DNA from: a virus
Reading direction: 5' to 3' (one strand)
Length of the DNA: 64,000 nt
Virus record (IMG/VR): IMGVR_UViG_3300021962_000025
Location: 96,001 to 160,000 of that record
Shown: positions 19,889 through 32,992 of the stretch, piece after piece
How the letters are laid out: the number at the start of each line of letters is the position of its first letter
Numbering within the stretch: the first letter of the stretch is position 1
Notes under the pieces: model-generated
What the model was told of the DNA's origin: nothing
Database searches by the model: none
The model's input: the letters and a program-made list of their open reading frames with translations, nothing else
Made by a program: the position numbers and the translations under genes

Positions 19889-21657
19889 TGGAAAATAAAA
19901 GAATATTATCACCAAGTAAAAGGTATAAAAGGGCCGAGTCCGAGGACCTATCTCTAAAAATTAATTTAGAGAGAGATGAGTCTATATTAAGAGAGGGTGA
20001 TAGAACAATTATTTTGGATTTAGAGGAACTTTATTCTAAAGAAAGGAATGAAAGTACCAAGTATAAGATATATGGTAAGTTGGGTATGGTGTTTAGGAAC
20101 CTAAACGCTGGTACGAGTGGGTATAACCCCCTTTTAAATAGATTATATCTTACATCTGCCGTTTATGATGAGACCGATTATTCAGGGTATGTACCATATG
20201 ACGAATTCGCCTTTCTAAGAAAAGATTATGTGAGGGAGGTCTCCAATCCAACAACAAACACTATTGGACAATTCACACCAAACATTGTTCTTTCTGGTGA
20301 CACATCCCACCAAACCTTCACACAAATGGATGCTCCATTTATGAATTGGAATTTATATCTAACATACGTGTATGAAAATGATTATACATACCCGATGAGG
20401 TATACTCTTTCGGGAAATACAGTTTATAATTTCACAGCAGAATGTGGTATACCCTTTAGGGTTACAGAATTGGACACTTACTTCCAATTAGTGAGTCCTG
20501 TGCCGCATAATATGTCACAAAGTGAGTATGTTATATTATCGGGAGCGACATTGAATGAAAATAATAGAACAGGCAGAATATTTGAAATTAACTCTGTCGG
20601 TAATGAAACGTTTAATTCTGAGAAATACGTAATTAACTTACAAAAATCACAATTAACTCAAAACCAAATAACTATAATTTCTAATATTGGAGTGGTGTTT
20701 GGACAAAGATGTTTGGACAAGAACAATGTCTCGGGAACTACGTCACAATACTATGTTAGGAAACATAAAACTATAACCACAACCGACGATTATATATTAG
20801 ACACACCGGGGTTTGAAATACCCATATTCGAAAATGAAAGGAAACTACAGTTTATAACCGCAAATGGGGATGAGAATGTATATGTTGAACAGAATAGACC
20901 TGAAAAAGTCCTATATCATTTTAAAAACAGTATAGATATAAGTCAGTATAGAAATAACTTCGGATATACCCCTACTGAACTTTACTTAACGACAATCTTT
21001 AGAAATGGTAATGGATACTTTAACTACCCACCCCGTATGGGATGGAGATTTAATTTCCATGATTCGTGGGGGGACGCACAATTTGATACAACATACTCAT
21101 ACGGAAGTACAAACCTACCATCCACAACGTTTACCAATAATGGTGTGACATTTACTAAAGGGTTGGAATTACCATTAGACACAATACTTTACGGGGATTT
21201 TGTAGAATACAATCAAAGTGATTTTAAGGAAACGGTAATTTCCGATACCTATCATAAATTTAGTTTTAATCCAAACGCATTTGATCACGGACAAACCTCA
21301 GACTCAAATTACAGTGGTTCGTCAAACAATAACCCGTATGGATACTTCCATAAGGTTCATAATAGAATAAAACTCAGAGAATTATCACCATACGTGGAGA
21401 CATCGGACACAGAAAATATTCTAAATCTTCCCGAAAACACCATATATGATGAAAATATCGGTTTATGGAAGTGGAGGGATTTATATGATCACGGATATAT
21501 AGATGTGGATGGGTATGGGACAGATTTCCCGTTCACCAACGGACAACATTACGTCATGAATGACATAAACTTTTTTTTAAGAGGTGAAGACATCTTTAAA
21601 AATAAGGCAGACGGTATTACCTCATTTAGAGGTGGTCCGAAAGATTCTCTATGTTAA
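19888..21657 (+). CDS. Putative baseplate/tail structural protein (589 aa)
   Basis: Start overlaps the upstream stop within the baseplate operon; aromatic, beta-rich composition. Confidence 0.6.
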   Translation: MENKRILSPSKRYKRAESEDLSLKINLERDESILREGDRTIILDLEELYSKERNESTKYKIYGKLGMVFRNLNAGTSGYNPLLNRLYLTSAVYDETDYSGYVPYDEFAFLRKDYVREVSNPTTNTIGQFTPNIVLSGDTSHQTFTQMDAPFMNWNLYLTYVYENDYTYPMRYTLSGNTVYNFTAECGIPFRVTELDTYFQLVSPVPHNMSQSEYVILSGATLNENNRTGRIFEINSVGNETFNSEKYVINLQKSQLTQNQITIISNIGVVFGQRCLDKNNVSGTTSQYYVRKHKTITTTDDYILDTPGFEIPIFENERKLQFITANGDENVYVEQNRPEKVLYHFKNSIDISQYRNNFGYTPTELYLTTIFRNGNGYFNYPPRMGWRFNFHDSWGDAQFDTTYSYGSTNLPSTTFTNNGVTFTKGLELPLDTILYGDFVEYNQSDFKETVISDTYHKFSFNPNAFDHGQTSDSNYSGSSNNNPYGYFHKVHNRIKLRELSPYVETSDTENILNLPENTIYDENIGLWKWRDLYDHGYIDVDGYGTDFPFTNGQHYVMNDINFFLRGEDIFKNKADGITSFRGGPKDSLC

Positions 21658-22920
21658 ATGAAGATCAGGTATACAAATGACGAAAAAAATATACTTTTAA
21701 ATCAGGATCAGAGTTTTAAGTCTGACTTAGGTTGGGTTAATTCTATTGAAAAATATGAAAGAGAATTGTTATATGAAATCGTAAACCCTGTAGAAAATTA
21801 CGAAACATGTCGATTCATTCATAAACCGTACACCTCTTCAAATGGAATAGATCAAACAGATATTTGGTTTTACTTCTATTTCAGAGATTCTAATAATAAC
21901 TACACAAACGGTTTAGATTACATACACCAAGGATTAGACCAAGGATCAACTATTAATGCCGATTTAAAAAATAGTTTTTTTAGGTTGGAGTTCTATAAAA
22001 CAGACAACAATGATCCACCTAATAGAGAAAACAGAAGATTAGTTTTTGCTAAGAACTTATCGGTACCTGTAGGTGAAAGATGTGTGGTCAGTGGGGAGAC
22101 CACCTTTAGGTATGTTCCTGTTTTTATGGGGTCTAACTATAAGAATAAGGAAAACATGTATCTATTTTGGTTTGAGGACGATACCGTGTTAGAGGAAACA
22201 ACTCTTACCGGTAGTACCTTCTTCATGACCGCAAAATTCTACAACGCACTTAATGGGGAAAGAATACAATTTACCAATAAACAAGTTCAAAGTTCTTCAA
22301 TAGTTGAAGAAGACGATCTATATTTTATAGTTGAGATGGATAGGTCGAACGCCCCTTCATTCCACTATGATATATCTGATTACGATAGTACGGGTAATGT
22401 GAGAGGTAATAGAAGAGGAACTAGTTCGTCCCCGATAAAATTTTATGAGATGGGTGGTAACGTTGGAAGTGGTAATACCCCGACACCTTCATCTACAACT
22501 GTACTTACACCAACACCAACACCTTCGTCGACTGTCGTACTTACACCGACCCCGTCTTCAACAACGTTGGGACTTTCTTGGAGTAATGGTAGTTCAATGT
22601 ACCATAGTGGAAGTACATCCGGAGACAATCCATCAACAGGGACAACCACAGGTACCTTGACGGTCACTAACGGTCCTGCTAATCTATATATTACAGTAAC
22701 CCACCAATCAGGTTTTGATAATGTGGGATATGGATCTATAGAGGTGAGTGGTGTTGGTAGTATATCCACTCAGACTGTTTCGGGTAATCAGAGTTCAACA
22801 AGTTTACCATCCACACTTACAGTCCCGACAGGAACATACACATATACCATAACCTCAATATTGACAATAGAGGGATCTAATTCGTTTGGTGTCATCACAA
22901 CTGCGGTAAGTAATCAATAA
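21658..22920 (+). CDS. Putative tail structural protein with short PT linker and Ser/Thr-rich C-terminal beta domain
   Basis: TPTPSSTT repeats near 22480-22570 separate the two domains. Confidence 0.6.
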   Translation: MKIRYTNDEKNILLNQDQSFKSDLGWVNSIEKYERELLYEIVNPVENYETCRFIHKPYTSSNGIDQTDIWFYFYFRDSNNNYTNGLDYIHQGLDQGSTINADLKNSFFRLEFYKTDNNDPPNRENRRLVFAKNLSVPVGERCVVSGETTFRYVPVFMGSNYKNKENMYLFWFEDDTVLEETTLTGSTFFMTAKFYNALNGERIQFTNKQVQSSSIVEEDDLYFIVEMDRSNAPSFHYDISDYDSTGNVRGNRRGTSSSPIKFYEMGGNVGSGNTPTPSSTTVLTPTPTPSSTVVLTPTPSSTTLGLSWSNGSSMYHSGSTSGDNPSTGTTTGTLTVTNGPANLYITVTHQSGFDNVGYGSIEVSGVGSISTQTVSGNQSSTSLPSTLTVPTGTYTYTITSILTIEGSNSFGVITTAVSNQ

Positions 22921-22921
22921 A

Positions 22922-23845
22922 ATGAAAAAGAATAAACACAAGATATTACGCACAACAACAGGGACAACATATAATTTACCTGTTTATTTAGATTCTACCG
23001 CCTATGAAATGGGTGGTATGGTTGGTTTTGATGGTGATATTGAGCAAGCGGAACAAATCGTAAACTTTACTTACCAACACATCAGTCCTGCGGGGGGAAA
23101 TAACATTAGACTCTTTAATAGCACTAATAAAGATTTATTAAAGATCATTAAAGACCAAACTTTCATTATTGATTGGGGTGATGATACAACTGATACAATA
23201 GGGGTGTCCGCGGGGAATAGTTTATCGTTCATACAACACACTTTTCCATCTGCAGGAACCTATGAGGTTACCATAAGTCTAATTAATGCGTGGACAGAAA
23301 AAAAGTTGAGTAGAAAAATAACTGTACCTAAAGATACCACAGTCACTAATGAGGATGGGACTTTTGGACCATTTACAATACCATATACTAATATAACAAC
23401 CTCACAAAATTACATTAATGATTTGGATGTCACGGACAATGATGATGACGCGACAATTTATTTTGCTGCTGTGGGTAGAAGTAGGGTTAGTGAATTAAAA
23501 AAATATGGCGAAAACTCATACATTGGAACATCCACAGGTTCGGACGATTACGGTGCATACACGGGTTATACAATTGATAATCTTTATTACAGAGATTATT
23601 TTGATGGAACCACAACAATTACTGGTAACACGACCAATTTTTATAGGGAGGAAGTATTCAACCAAATGCTAACGAGAAATGAAAATTTCATTGGTTTTAT
23701 CAATGAACCTGTCATTTATTCAGACGTATTTGTTGAAAGGGGAAGACAAGGTGTTTTAGAAATGAATCTAAGACTTGGTGAAATCGATAACATAGGAGAA
23801 TTAGATATCTATGGTAACGGATTTTTTCAAGTTAAAAAACAATAG
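22922..23845 (+). CDS. Putative tail structural protein with a PKD-like domain
   Basis: FIIDWGDDTTDT...IQHTFPSAGTYEVTIS matches the PKD WGDG...HTY..G.Y.V pattern. Confidence 0.6.
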   Translation: MKKNKHKILRTTTGTTYNLPVYLDSTAYEMGGMVGFDGDIEQAEQIVNFTYQHISPAGGNNIRLFNSTNKDLLKIIKDQTFIIDWGDDTTDTIGVSAGNSLSFIQHTFPSAGTYEVTISLINAWTEKKLSRKITVPKDTTVTNEDGTFGPFTIPYTNITTSQNYINDLDVTDNDDDATIYFAAVGRSRVSELKKYGENSYIGTSTGSDDYGAYTGYTIDNLYYRDYFDGTTTITGNTTNFYREEVFNQMLTRNENFIGFINEPVIYSDVFVERGRQGVLEMNLRLGEIDNIGELDIYGNGFFQVKKQ

Positions 23846-23870
23846 AATAATATTTATTAATTAAAAGAAT

Positions 23871-24788
23871 ATGGCAATAGGAAGTTATGGTACTGTAAGA
23901 CCTTCAGATGTTTCACCTTCAGACGTGGAAATCTTCTTTCACTATGTGACAGGGAGGACTTCTAACGCTCCGGTGCAGTTTAAAAAATTAGATTCGGAAG
24001 ATATTTTGACACCCGTATATCATAATTCATTTACTACGAATGCTGCTTCGGCGGTAGATACTGAGATTTTAGGTGGTTTATACAACCTAAGGTTAGATTC
24101 GGACGATTTTGATGAGTTGGGGATTTACACTCTCCACATTAGACCTAAACAGATAAGAACCTCAATCACTGATTGTGGGATTTTAGCATCTCTATCATCT
24201 GTCAGAGGGATTATTATTGATTTAAGTAATGTCCCCTCGGATGACAGAAATAAATTTACACCCCAAGGATTGGTGGGATATAGAATAGAATATTTGAATA
24301 GTGATGGTAGTAAAATACCAAACTTTTACAGAATGGTTACGTCCTCATTCTACTGTAATCCAATCGCATCTAATTTAACTAGTACAACACAAAAAGCCAT
24401 TAGATATCAGTACACGGATCAAGCAACTAATTTATTGTTTCTTACTGTGACCCCGTCATCGGCACCAACCAATAAACCAAACACAGTTCCTTTTATTGGT
24501 GAACCATCACAAAACATCATTTTAACTAATACCTTCTTCAATCCAACAACAATTGAAATTGAAATGGTTGAACATGATGACACCACATTGGCATACGCAC
24601 TTTATGGTAATCAAAGTAAATCCGTCTCTGATGGTATTTACACAATTTACACTGCGGATAACAATATATACAAACAGTTTAACCTGTTTGAAATCAAAGA
24701 TGAGTTCAACGAAACACTTTACGAAATACGTGAAGAAAGGGACGAAATTGATGATACTAAAAACTTTGATGATATCACTGAATTATAA
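23871..24788 (+). CDS. Putative baseplate/tail structural protein (305 aa)
   Basis: Upstream TATTTAT at 23851; stop overlaps the start of the 2720-aa gene. Confidence 0.6.
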   Translation: MAIGSYGTVRPSDVSPSDVEIFFHYVTGRTSNAPVQFKKLDSEDILTPVYHNSFTTNAASAVDTEILGGLYNLRLDSDDFDELGIYTLHIRPKQIRTSITDCGILASLSSVRGIIIDLSNVPSDDRNKFTPQGLVGYRIEYLNSDGSKIPNFYRMVTSSFYCNPIASNLTSTTQKAIRYQYTDQATNLLFLTVTPSSAPTNKPNTVPFIGEPSQNIILTNTFFNPTTIEIEMVEHDDTTLAYALYGNQSKSVSDGIYTIYTADNNIYKQFNLFEIKDEFNETLYEIREERDEIDDTKNFDDITEL

Positions 24789-27700
24789 TGGCGAAAAGAA
24801 AAGTTCCAAGTCAAGCGGCAAGTGGAAGGGAAACCTTTAACGACAACTTGATCGGTAACCAAATTACCGATGGGTCTAGCCAATTTACTGCTACGAACTT
24901 TTCAGTTGAAAAAACCATTCCTCAGAGAGATAGTAAAACTTTTAAATCAGTACCATTTTCTGAGTTTCTTACCTTAGAAGATCTTGGGGAAGAAACTAAG
25001 GCACCGACAACATCATCACCAACCACCAGTAAAAAAGATAATAAAGTAAAGTTTAGGGATTCTAAACAAGATGGTGGAAAATCACTTTATGGATCTCTTA
25101 AAGAGAGATTATCGGTATCCGTACAAAGAATTGTAAGGAAGTTCCCTGCGGGGTTCTATGTTGATGGAGACACCCCTGTGGCATCCACCATCTACACCGC
25201 TGAAAACATTTCATACAATCAAAGAACTAACGTTACAACGTTTGAGTTTGAAAAGTCAAAAATATTCAATCCACTTGAGGTTGTTTTCACTAAACCTAAG
25301 AGTAATACTCAACCAACAGTTGACAACGAGTTTAAAAATTTCTTTTCAAACTATTCAAAATATGCTTTATCGTTAAATAATAAAACTTATAATGTTTTAA
25401 GTTTTACTGACGATACCTCCACAATTACTTTAGAGGTTAGTGGTAGACCATTTACCTCATCAACATACAGTGAAAGTTTTTTAATAAGACCTGTTGATTC
25501 TATTGTCGAGGAATTTTTTACAAATCTAGATGATTTAGAGTCTGTTTTACTTAATAGGGAAACTAGTCCAATTTATACTGCTAGTTTTAAGGTACCACAG
25601 AATTCTTTAGATGGGTCTAGAACTGAATTAACCACTGTTAAACTTAAGTGGCCACTTTTTAAGGATGGGTGGAACATAAAGATAACAGGGTTAGAATACT
25701 CTAATTACCTCACCAGGCTTAAGGACATTGGGGAGGAAATAGATAACTATAAATCTAATTTGGTTGTCAGGTTCCTAACAACCGCATCCCTTAACGAATT
25801 CGATACCGAAGACAAAAGGATGGGTTCGGTTTTACAACTGTACGGTACATCCTTTGATCAGGTAAAAAAATTCATTGATAATGTGGCTTACATGAGAAAT
25901 GTAAGTTATGATGGGATTAAAAACGTACCGGACATTTTATTAAAAAATCTATCTAACACTTTAGGATTAGATTCGGTAAATCTATTTGATGAAAAATCAT
26001 TAGAGGACACACTTTATAATAGAATAGAAAGTCAATATGGTGGTGTAGGTCTCGGTATGAACATGGTTGAGGCCGAAACAGAATTCTATAGAAGATTAGT
26101 AATAAACTTAGTTCATATCTATAAATCTAAAGGAACTAGAAAGGCGTTAGAATTCTTTCTGAGATTTATAGGGGCACCCGAACCTTTAATTAAAATAAAC
26201 GAACATGTTTATAGGTTTGATGATGTTAGAAAGGTGGATGAGGATATTGATTCGGATATCTACGATTTAGTACAAGGAAATAAGACATTTAATGTTGCGG
26301 AACTATCCACAACAGGTTTCACATATTCAAACACAACAACCACAGGATCAACAATTTACTCTGATTCTGAATATCCAATTGTACTTACGGGTGTTACAAA
26401 ATATGGTGACGTAAAACCAATTGTAAGTGAGGATAATGATGTGTTTTTCCAAAAAGGTGCGGGTTGGTATGATATTACATTAGAACACAGATCTTCTTTA
26501 GAAATTGATACGGAAAGGTCTAATCTAACCAGTAACCCAAAAGTAATTAAGACGAAAAATAAGGATTATACATATGGTGAGGAATACTTCACATTGTATA
26601 GACAATTTTATGGTTTAGATTATGGGTATGAATTACACAATACCGTCAATAACGAAAAGGCGGAATTATTGGGTGACACAGATAGTAAAACACTTAACAG
26701 AAAGAATATACAAATCTATCTTTCCTCTGCCCAAGCATTGGAGTATGATGTTTATAGACAATCGAGAAAATTAAGGGTAACCTTTGGAACCAACACGATG
26801 AAACCTCAAACAGGTTTTACGTTTGCGGAATTTTTAGATCAAGTATTAAACGAACAAATAAGGAATTCTCACACTGTTCGTTACCAAAAGTCCTATATCC
26901 AATTAGAAGATATATACACTAGTTACTTGGAGAAGGTTCCAAATCCTTATAGTAACCCAACGGTAAGTGAATTCATTAATAGAATGAGTCCATATTGGGT
27001 ACAAGTAATTGAACAATTTGTGCCTGCAACTACACTATGGACCGGTGGTAACATTATTGAGAATCATAAGTTAGGGAGGTCAAAATATGAATACATTAAA
27101 CCTTGCCAAACAAATGAGTTTGTACAAAATGTCTTCCCCGAATTTGAAACCGCAATTGAGGAGGATTTAGAAACACTGATTTTAGGTGATAAGGATGTCT
27201 TTAGAGGTCTTACCATTCTTAGTGGTGTGACATATACCCTTTTCATTGAGTTAGAGGGCGAGATCTACCAAGGTGACGACTCTATAGTTTTAAGTGGAGA
27301 AACTCAAAACGTAAACTCTTTAGCTTGTGAAAATATTATCCAATCACACACTCATGCGGGTTTATTTGAACCTTTTAATATCACATCCGAATGTACATCA
27401 ATAAACGATGTAGAGTTTAACGGGGTTCCATTTGATAAAACAAAACACCTCCCATTACTTTGTGATTTTAAATGTCATTTAGAACCACAGAGAGAGATAT
27501 TAGATTGTTTATGGATTGAAGAATTAAAAGATATTATCGATAATCAAATCAATACCAAATACTATAAAAGAACACTTTATAGTGGGGGTGAAACCATAAA
27601 TAATCACGCGGGATGGGTGGACTATCAAGTAAGTGGTAACACAACCTTAGAAGGTAATTACTTAGGTGAATTAACAACAAATTCGGAAATCTATGGGTAT

Positions 27701-30700
27701 GAGATAGCACCTATTATCTCCTACGAGATTTTCACAGATACTGATGGTGTTAAAAAGATAAGTGTTACCCCATTTAAGTACGATACACCACTATACATCC
27801 ATACCCCAAACAGTAAAGATGAATATACACTTGTAGAAATTGAGTGTATCGACCCATCAACATTTGATTTTTATTGGGCTGCGGAATACCTAACAGGTAG
27901 TACGGAATGCAATCCTCAGGTTGAGGTTACGGGTACCGGAGAAATGTTCGTTTTACCTGAAGATACAGATCACTGTGTTTTAAGTTCGGACATTTACTTA
28001 GAGATTTCGGGAATTACATTCGGAAATGAGGATACTGTAGATAATGGTGATCCATGTGACGATTGTCCCGCATTCAATACTGAGTGGCCCGTTAACATAT
28101 TTTTAAATTGTGTTGGTGGATATAATGAATCAATCACTGGTTATACTGTTCAACACGTGTCGGGATGTACGTTTGTAATTAAAGACGTAAAAGAGACCGA
28201 TGTTTTTGATGTGATCATCACTGACGGTGCGAACTGTGATCAAAAAATAAGGATAGAGGGTCTACAACAAAAATTAGAATGGGACCCAACAGGAAAAAGT
28301 CATTATTTTAACTATTCTGTCGATACATTCTTACCTAATGACATTTATACTCCAATAGAGAGTCAAAGTGGTATAACTTATTGTGATAACTACTTAGGAT
28401 ACACTCTACACCCAAAAGTACAATATAGACCAACGTTTGATTATGGTTTAAGACAAGGGAGTTATGTTTTAAAAATTGATAACAACTTCACAGAGGACTT
28501 TAATACGTTTACGTGGAGAGATATTAACGAACATCTCGGACATGGCCATATCAGTAGAGTAAAGATTGAAGATATCGTTATTGGTGATAAAGTATTATCC
28601 GCAACATATAAAGATTGTCCTTATAGTTCACAAGACTTCTTTAATTCTCCTATTGAAGGTTACGGATTCTCAATGGAATACCAAGTTCTCTTAGTTGAAA
28701 ATAAAGATTGTTTAGGTTCCATAAAAGTTAATAGAATCAATGATAGGTTTAGTGTATTACCCAATAGTAAACTCAGAGTTTTAACAAACGATTCAGGACG
28801 TTTTGAATTCACAGAAAAATATCCTGAACAACTAACTGTTAGACCTGAGGAGGACGTTACGCCATGTTGTAGTCATGACGTGACTTATCATGAAAATGGT
28901 GACTACATGATCAATGAGTTCGGTTTCCCCGTGGAAGTCCTTTCATTGGATTTGGATTATTGTGATAGGGACATATATTATCATTTAAACGTAAGTACTG
29001 TTGGTAAAATAGATCAGACAGGTTGTGGTAATGTTGTTATTTTCAACGGAGACATCAATGACTCCGTCTTATTAGAACATATTGAACAGAAGTTTAATAC
29101 TTTAGATTTAAAAACACAACAATACTTCCAAGACAATCTAGATTGTGAGGACATACCAAGTATTGATGAATTGGAAAGACCTGTTTATACAATTGATTGT
29201 GAAGAGGTTAATGCGTTTAAGGTTCAAAACTTTATTACGGGTGACATTAAATATGTTACATACAATCCTGATTTCTCAGTTGGTGATTATGTCGAATTAA
29301 GATTATTACCCGATGGACAAAGAAATAGAATCCAATTTATTAATTTGGATTGTTATGTTATTGTGGATCTGGCGAGTTATGGTAACATTACTTTTGAGAT
29401 AAGTAGATACTGTATCGGATCAACCAGACCACCTCAACCAACCCCAACACCATCATCTACTCCTCATCCTACACTACCACCAACCCCAACACCTAGTCCA
29501 TCACCTAGTGTGACTGCTAGCCCAACACCGAGTACAACAGCCAGTCCTACACCAAGTCCTAGTCCATCACCAAGTACAACTGCGGATCCTACACCAACTC
29601 CAAGCACAACTGCGGATCCTACTCCTACACCTAGTAGTTCACCGACACCTTCTGTGACTCCAGATCCAACTGCGAGTCCGTCACCATCCCCTGCACCAAC
29701 AAATACTCCAACCCCAGATCCAACATCTAGTTCAACTCCTGCACCTACAGGTACACCAACACCTACCCCAACGGCGACAATTGATTGTAATTTCGATGCG
29801 GATTTTGACGAGTATTTTGAACCAACACCAACACCTACCTATACTCCTTCACCAACACCGAGTACAACCGCTAGTCCTACTCCGTCTCCTTCACCGTCTC
29901 CTTCACCGTCTCCATCACCAAGCACAACCGCTAGTCCTACACCAAGTCCTAGCCCATCACCAAGTACAACTGCGGATCCTACACCAACACCATCGCCATC
30001 GGTTACCGCTAATTGTGACTTTGGTGTGGATGTAGATATTGCCACCCCAACCCCAACTCCAAGTAATTCACCAACACCTTCTCCATCACCAAGTACAACT
30101 GCTAGTCCTACACCAACACCGAGTAGTACTCCGAACTGCGACTTCGGCGTAGATGTAGATATTGCTACTCCAACACCAACACCTAGTCCATCGGCTACAC
30201 CTAACTGCGACTTTGGTGTGGATGTAGATATTGCCACTCCGACACCAACACCATCTAATAGTCCAACTCCAACACCTAGCCCATCGGTTACCGCTAATTG
30301 TGACTTTGGTGTAGATGTGGATATCGCAACACCTACTCCGAGTCCAAGCCAAACTAATACTCCAACACCAACACCATCACCAAGCCCATCACCTTCGGTA
30401 ACTCCGAATTGTGATTTCGGTGTGGATGTGGATATTGCCACTCCGACACCAACACCAAGCAATTCACCTACACCTTCCGTAACTGCGAGTCCTACTCCAT
30501 CACCATCTCCGAGTAGTTCTCCAACTCCATCACCTTCGGTAACTCCGAATTGTGACTTTGGTGTAGATGTAGATATTGCTACTCCGACACCTAGCCCAAG
30601 TCAAACTAATACTCCAACCCCATCACCATCACCATCACCAAGTACAACCGCTAGTCCTACCCCAACCCCATCACCTTCGGTAACTCCGAATTGTGACTTT

Positions 30701-32950
30701 GGTATTATTGTAGACATCGCAACACCTACTCCTACACCATCTAATAGTCCAACACCAAGTACAACCGCTAGTCCTACTCCTACACCATCTAATAGTCCAA
30801 CACCAAGTACAACCGCCAGTCCTACTCCAACACCTAGTAGTACACCTAACTGTGACTTCGGAATTATAGTGGATATTGCCACTCCAACCCCAAGCGCTAC
30901 TAACACCCCAACCCCATCACCTAGCCCATCACCGTCATCAACTCAGGTACCAACAGAAACGCCTCAACCAACGGCAACATTTACACCCACACCAACCCCA
31001 TCACCTTCGGTAACTCCGAACTGTGACTTCGGAGTAGATGTGGATATTGCTACTCCAACACCTACACCATCTAATAGCCCAACACCGAGTACAACCGCTA
31101 GTCCTACACCAAGTCCTAGCCCATCACCAAGTACAACCGCCAGTCCTACTCCAAGTCCTAGCCCATCACCAAGTCCTTCGGTAACTCCGAATTGTGATTT
31201 CGGTGTGATTGTAGATATCGCTACCCCAACACCTACACCTAGTAGTTCACCAACCCCATCTCCATCACCAAGTACAACCGCTAGTCCTACACCAAGTCCA
31301 AGTCCGAGTCCTACCCCAAGTAGTACACCTAATTGTGATTTCGGTGTGATTGTAGATATCGCAACACCTACCCCAACTCCAAGTAATTCACCTACACCTT
31401 CCGTGACTGCGAGTCCGACCCCATCACCGTCTCCATCACCAAGTCCTTCGGTAACTCCGAATTGTGATTTCGGTGTGATTGTAGATATCGCAACACCTAC
31501 TCCTACACCATCTAATAGTCCTACACCAAGTCCTAGCCCATCTCCATCACCTAGCCCATCTCCATCACCATCGGCTACACCTAATTGTGATTTCGGTGTG
31601 ATTGTAGATATTGCTACTCCAACACCTACACCATCTAATAGTCCTACACCAAGTCCAACCGCTAGTCCTACACCAAGTCCTAGCCCGTCGCCATCACCAA
31701 GTACAACCGCTAGTCCTACTCCAACACCGAGTAGCACCCCAAATTGTGATTTCGGAGTTATAGTGGATATCGCAACACCTACTCCTACACCATCTAATAG
31801 TCCAACACCATCACCTAGCCCATCGCCGTCTCCATCACCGAGCCCAACACCACCACCTACCGCTAGTCCTACACCAAGTCCAACGGCTATTGATTGTCCA
31901 CCTAACTGTGGCACCTCAATATACCAAAACATCTTTGTTAGTACAGGTACAACCGTTGCGGGTCTTGGAATCTATGAATTAGGTGGATGGTGTGCTGAAA
32001 CACCGGGTGTGGATAGTCAGGGACAAGAGTGGTGGTACGATAGATACACATGTACTATTTACACTCGAGAATATTCGGGAGGATCTAACACAACATGTAT
32101 CGGTGAACAAGTAACACCTGTTGGTACTCAAGTTTCAAGTGTTACTCACTCAAACGGAACACTAACCCCAACGGGATCTAACAAGTTGTATAACACAGGA
32201 ATTAGATTCATTGATTCTAATAATAATGCGGTATTCATCGTAACCGAATGGCACTCAACATTACTCGATTTGGTTTATGTCCATATTTTATGTGATTGTA
32301 CGTTTGAGGCGATAGCTACAGAATACATTGAGGGTGAGATTGTAATTGATGAGAATACTGAAATTAATATCTTCTTTGATTCATCAGGTTCAATGAATAC
32401 AACGTTGTCACCCCTTCAAACAATGAGAAATACAATACTTAAAGATTGTTTGTTACCATTCTATAATAATGATAGTACCAAATACGATGAAAATGTAACA
32501 ATAATACAAAGTGGAACTGAAAGAACATTTAATTGGCTACAAACAACAGGTTCTACTAGTGGAACCACTAAGGTTATAAATTTAGTATTCACTGATGAGA
32601 ATAGTCCTTACGATAATGGTTCGTTGATTTGGCAGACAAATAGAACGTCACAGTATGACACTGATATGTCCGCATTAAGAAATGTATTGTCAACAACTCC
32701 TAACTCAGACTATTATAGAGGTGTAATATTTAGAGTTAATACGGGACCAAATAGTTACGACTTCTTTAGACAGTTTTTAGTGGCGGTCATGAACGGTACA
32801 TATCTATATAATGGAATAAATGGATTATCTGATAAGACAGAAATTGGTTTAGAGCAAACTGTAATTGCGGGTTCAACGCCAACCTATTACGCTAATACTA
32901 TAATAAATGCATTGAATAATTTGGGGTACAGTATCCCTAATTGTAACTAA
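24788..32950 (+). CDS. Giant baseplate-wedge (P2 gpI-like) protein with Pro/Thr/Ser stalk, 14 NCDFGxxVDIA modules and a C-terminal vWA-like domain
   Basis: gpI/gp7-like segment [15 protein letters not shown]...[29 protein letters not shown]; PTS stalk ~29425-31890; MIDAS-type IFFDSSGS at 32378-32392. Confidence 0.75.
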   Translation: MAKRKVPSQAASGRETFNDNLIGNQITDGSSQFTATNFSVEKTIPQRDSKTFKSVPFSEFLTLEDLGEETKAPTTSSPTTSKKDNKVKFRDSKQDGGKSLYGSLKERLSVSVQRIVRKFPAGFYVDGDTPVASTIYTAENISYNQRTNVTTFEFEKSKIFNPLEVVFTKPKSNTQPTVDNEFKNFFSNYSKYALSLNNKTYNVLSFTDDTSTITLEVSGRPFTSSTYSESFLIRPVDSIVEEFFTNLDDLESVLLNRETSPIYTASFKVPQNSLDGSRTELTTVKLKWPLFKDGWNIKITGLEYSNYLTRLKDIGEEIDNYKSNLVVRFLTTASLNEFDTEDKRMGSVLQLYGTSFDQVKKFIDNVAYMRNVSYDGIKNVPDILLKNLSNTLGLDSVNLFDEKSLEDTLYNRIESQYGGVGLGMNMVEAETEFYRRLVINLVHIYKSKGTRKALEFFLRFIGAPEPLIKINEHVYRFDDVRKVDEDIDSDIYDLVQGNKTFNVAELSTTGFTYSNTTTTGSTIYSDSEYPIVLTGVTKYGDVKPIVSEDNDVFFQKGAGWYDITLEHRSSLEIDTERSNLTSNPKVIKTKNKDYTYGEEYFTLYRQFYGLDYGYELHNTVNNEKAELLGDTDSKTLNRKNIQIYLSSAQALEYDVYRQSRKLRVTFGTNTMKPQTGFTFAEFLDQVLNEQIRNSHTVRYQKSYIQLEDIYTSYLEKVPNPYSNPTVSEFINRMSPYWVQVIEQFVPATTLWTGGNIIENHKLGRSKYEYIKPCQTNEFVQNVFPEFETAIEEDLETLILGDKDVFRGLTILSGVTYTLFIELEGEIYQGDDSIVLSGETQNVNSLACENIIQSHTHAGLFEPFNITSECTSINDVEFNGVPFDKTKHLPLLCDFKCHLEPQREILDCLWIEELKDIIDNQINTKYYKRTLYSGGETINNHAGWVDYQVSGNTTLEGNYLGELTTNSEIYGYEIAPIISYEIFTDTDGVKKISVTPFKYDTPLYIHTPNSKDEYTLVEIECIDPSTFDFYWAAEYLTGSTECNPQVEVTGTGEMFVLPEDTDHCVLSSDIYLEISGITFGNEDTVDNGDPCDDCPAFNTEWPVNIFLNCVGGYNESITGYTVQHVSGCTFVIKDVKETDVFDVIITDGANCDQKIRIEGLQQKLEWDPTGKSHYFNYSVDTFLPNDIYTPIESQSGITYCDNYLGYTLHPKVQYRPTFDYGLRQGSYVLKIDNNFTEDFNTFTWRDINEHLGHGHISRVKIEDIVIGDKVLSATYKDCPYSSQDFFNSPIEGYGFSMEYQVLLVENKDCLGSIKVNRINDRFSVLPNSKLRVLTNDSGRFEFTEKYPEQLTVRPEEDVTPCCSHDVTYHENGDYMINEFGFPVEVLSLDLDYCDRDIYYHLNVSTVGKIDQTGCGNVVIFNGDINDSVLLEHIEQKFNTLDLKTQQYFQDNLDCEDIPSIDELERPVYTIDCEEVNAFKVQNFITGDIKYVTYNPDFSVGDYVELRLLPDGQRNRIQFINLDCYVIVDLASYGNITFEISRYCIGSTRPPQPTPTPSSTPHPTLPPTPTPSPSPSVTASPTPSTTASPTPSPSPSPSTTADPTPTPSTTADPTPTPSSSPTPSVTPDPTASPSPSPAPTNTPTPDPTSSSTPAPTGTPTPTPTATIDCNFDADFDEYFEPTPTPTYTPSPTPSTTASPTPSPSPSPSPSPSPSTTASPTPSPSPSPSTTADPTPTPSPSVTANCDFGVDVDIATPTPTPSNSPTPSPSPSTTASPTPTPSSTPNCDFGVDVDIATPTPTPSPSATPNCDFGVDVDIATPTPTPSNSPTPTPSPSVTANCDFGVDVDIATPTPSPSQTNTPTPTPSPSPSPSVTPNCDFGVDVDIATPTPTPSNSPTPSVTASPTPSPSPSSSPTPSPSVTPNCDFGVDVDIATPTPSPSQTNTPTPSPSPSPSTTASPTPTPSPSVTPNCDFGIIVDIATPTPTPSNSPTPSTTASPTPTPSNSPTPSTTASPTPTPSSTPNCDFGIIVDIATPTPSATNTPTPSPSPSPSSTQVPTETPQPTATFTPTPTPSPSVTPNCDFGVDVDIATPTPTPSNSPTPSTTASPTPSPSPSPSTTASPTPSPSPSPSPSVTPNCDFGVIVDIATPTPTPSSSPTPSPSPSTTASPTPSPSPSPTPSSTPNCDFGVIVDIATPTPTPSNSPTPSVTASPTPSPSPSPSPSVTPNCDFGVIVDIATPTPTPSNSPTPSPSPSPSPSPSPSPSATPNCDFGVIVDIATPTPTPSNSPTPSPTASPTPSPSPSPSPSTTASPTPTPSSTPNCDFGVIVDIATPTPTPSNSPTPSPSPSPSPSPSPTPPPTASPTPSPTAIDCPPNCGTSIYQNIFVSTGTTVAGLGIYELGGWCAETPGVDSQGQEWWYDRYTCTIYTREYSGGSNTTCIGEQVTPVGTQVSSVTHSNGTLTPTGSNKLYNTGIRFIDSNNNAVFIVTEWHSTLLDLVYVHILCDCTFEAIATEYIEGEIVIDENTEINIFFDSSGSMNTTLSPLQTMRNTILKDCLLPFYNNDSTKYDENVTIIQSGTERTFNWLQTTGSTSGTTKVINLVFTDENSPYDNGSLIWQTNRTSQYDTDMSALRNVLSTTPNSDYYRGVIFRVNTGPNSYDFFRQFLVAVMNGTYLYNGINGLSDKTEIGLEQTVIAGSTPTYYANTIINALNNLGYSIPNCN
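29425..31890 (+). repeat. Pro/Thr/Ser low-complexity stalk with 14 interspersed NCDFG(V/I)(D/I)VDIA repeats
   Basis: Counted directly in the translation; first unit at ~30011, last at ~31742; spacers vary in length. Confidence 0.95.
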
Positions 32951-32992
32951 AAATGGATACATAAAACGAGATAAAAAGTATATATTTTAATA

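Noticed and set aside
30011-31775. Regularly interspaced ~33-bp repeats resembling a CRISPR array
   Set aside because: The repeats are in-frame coding modules with synonymous variation, the spacers are themselves PT repeats of variable length, and no cas genes are present. The Cas4-like nuclease lacks Fe-S cysteines and sits in a replication block.
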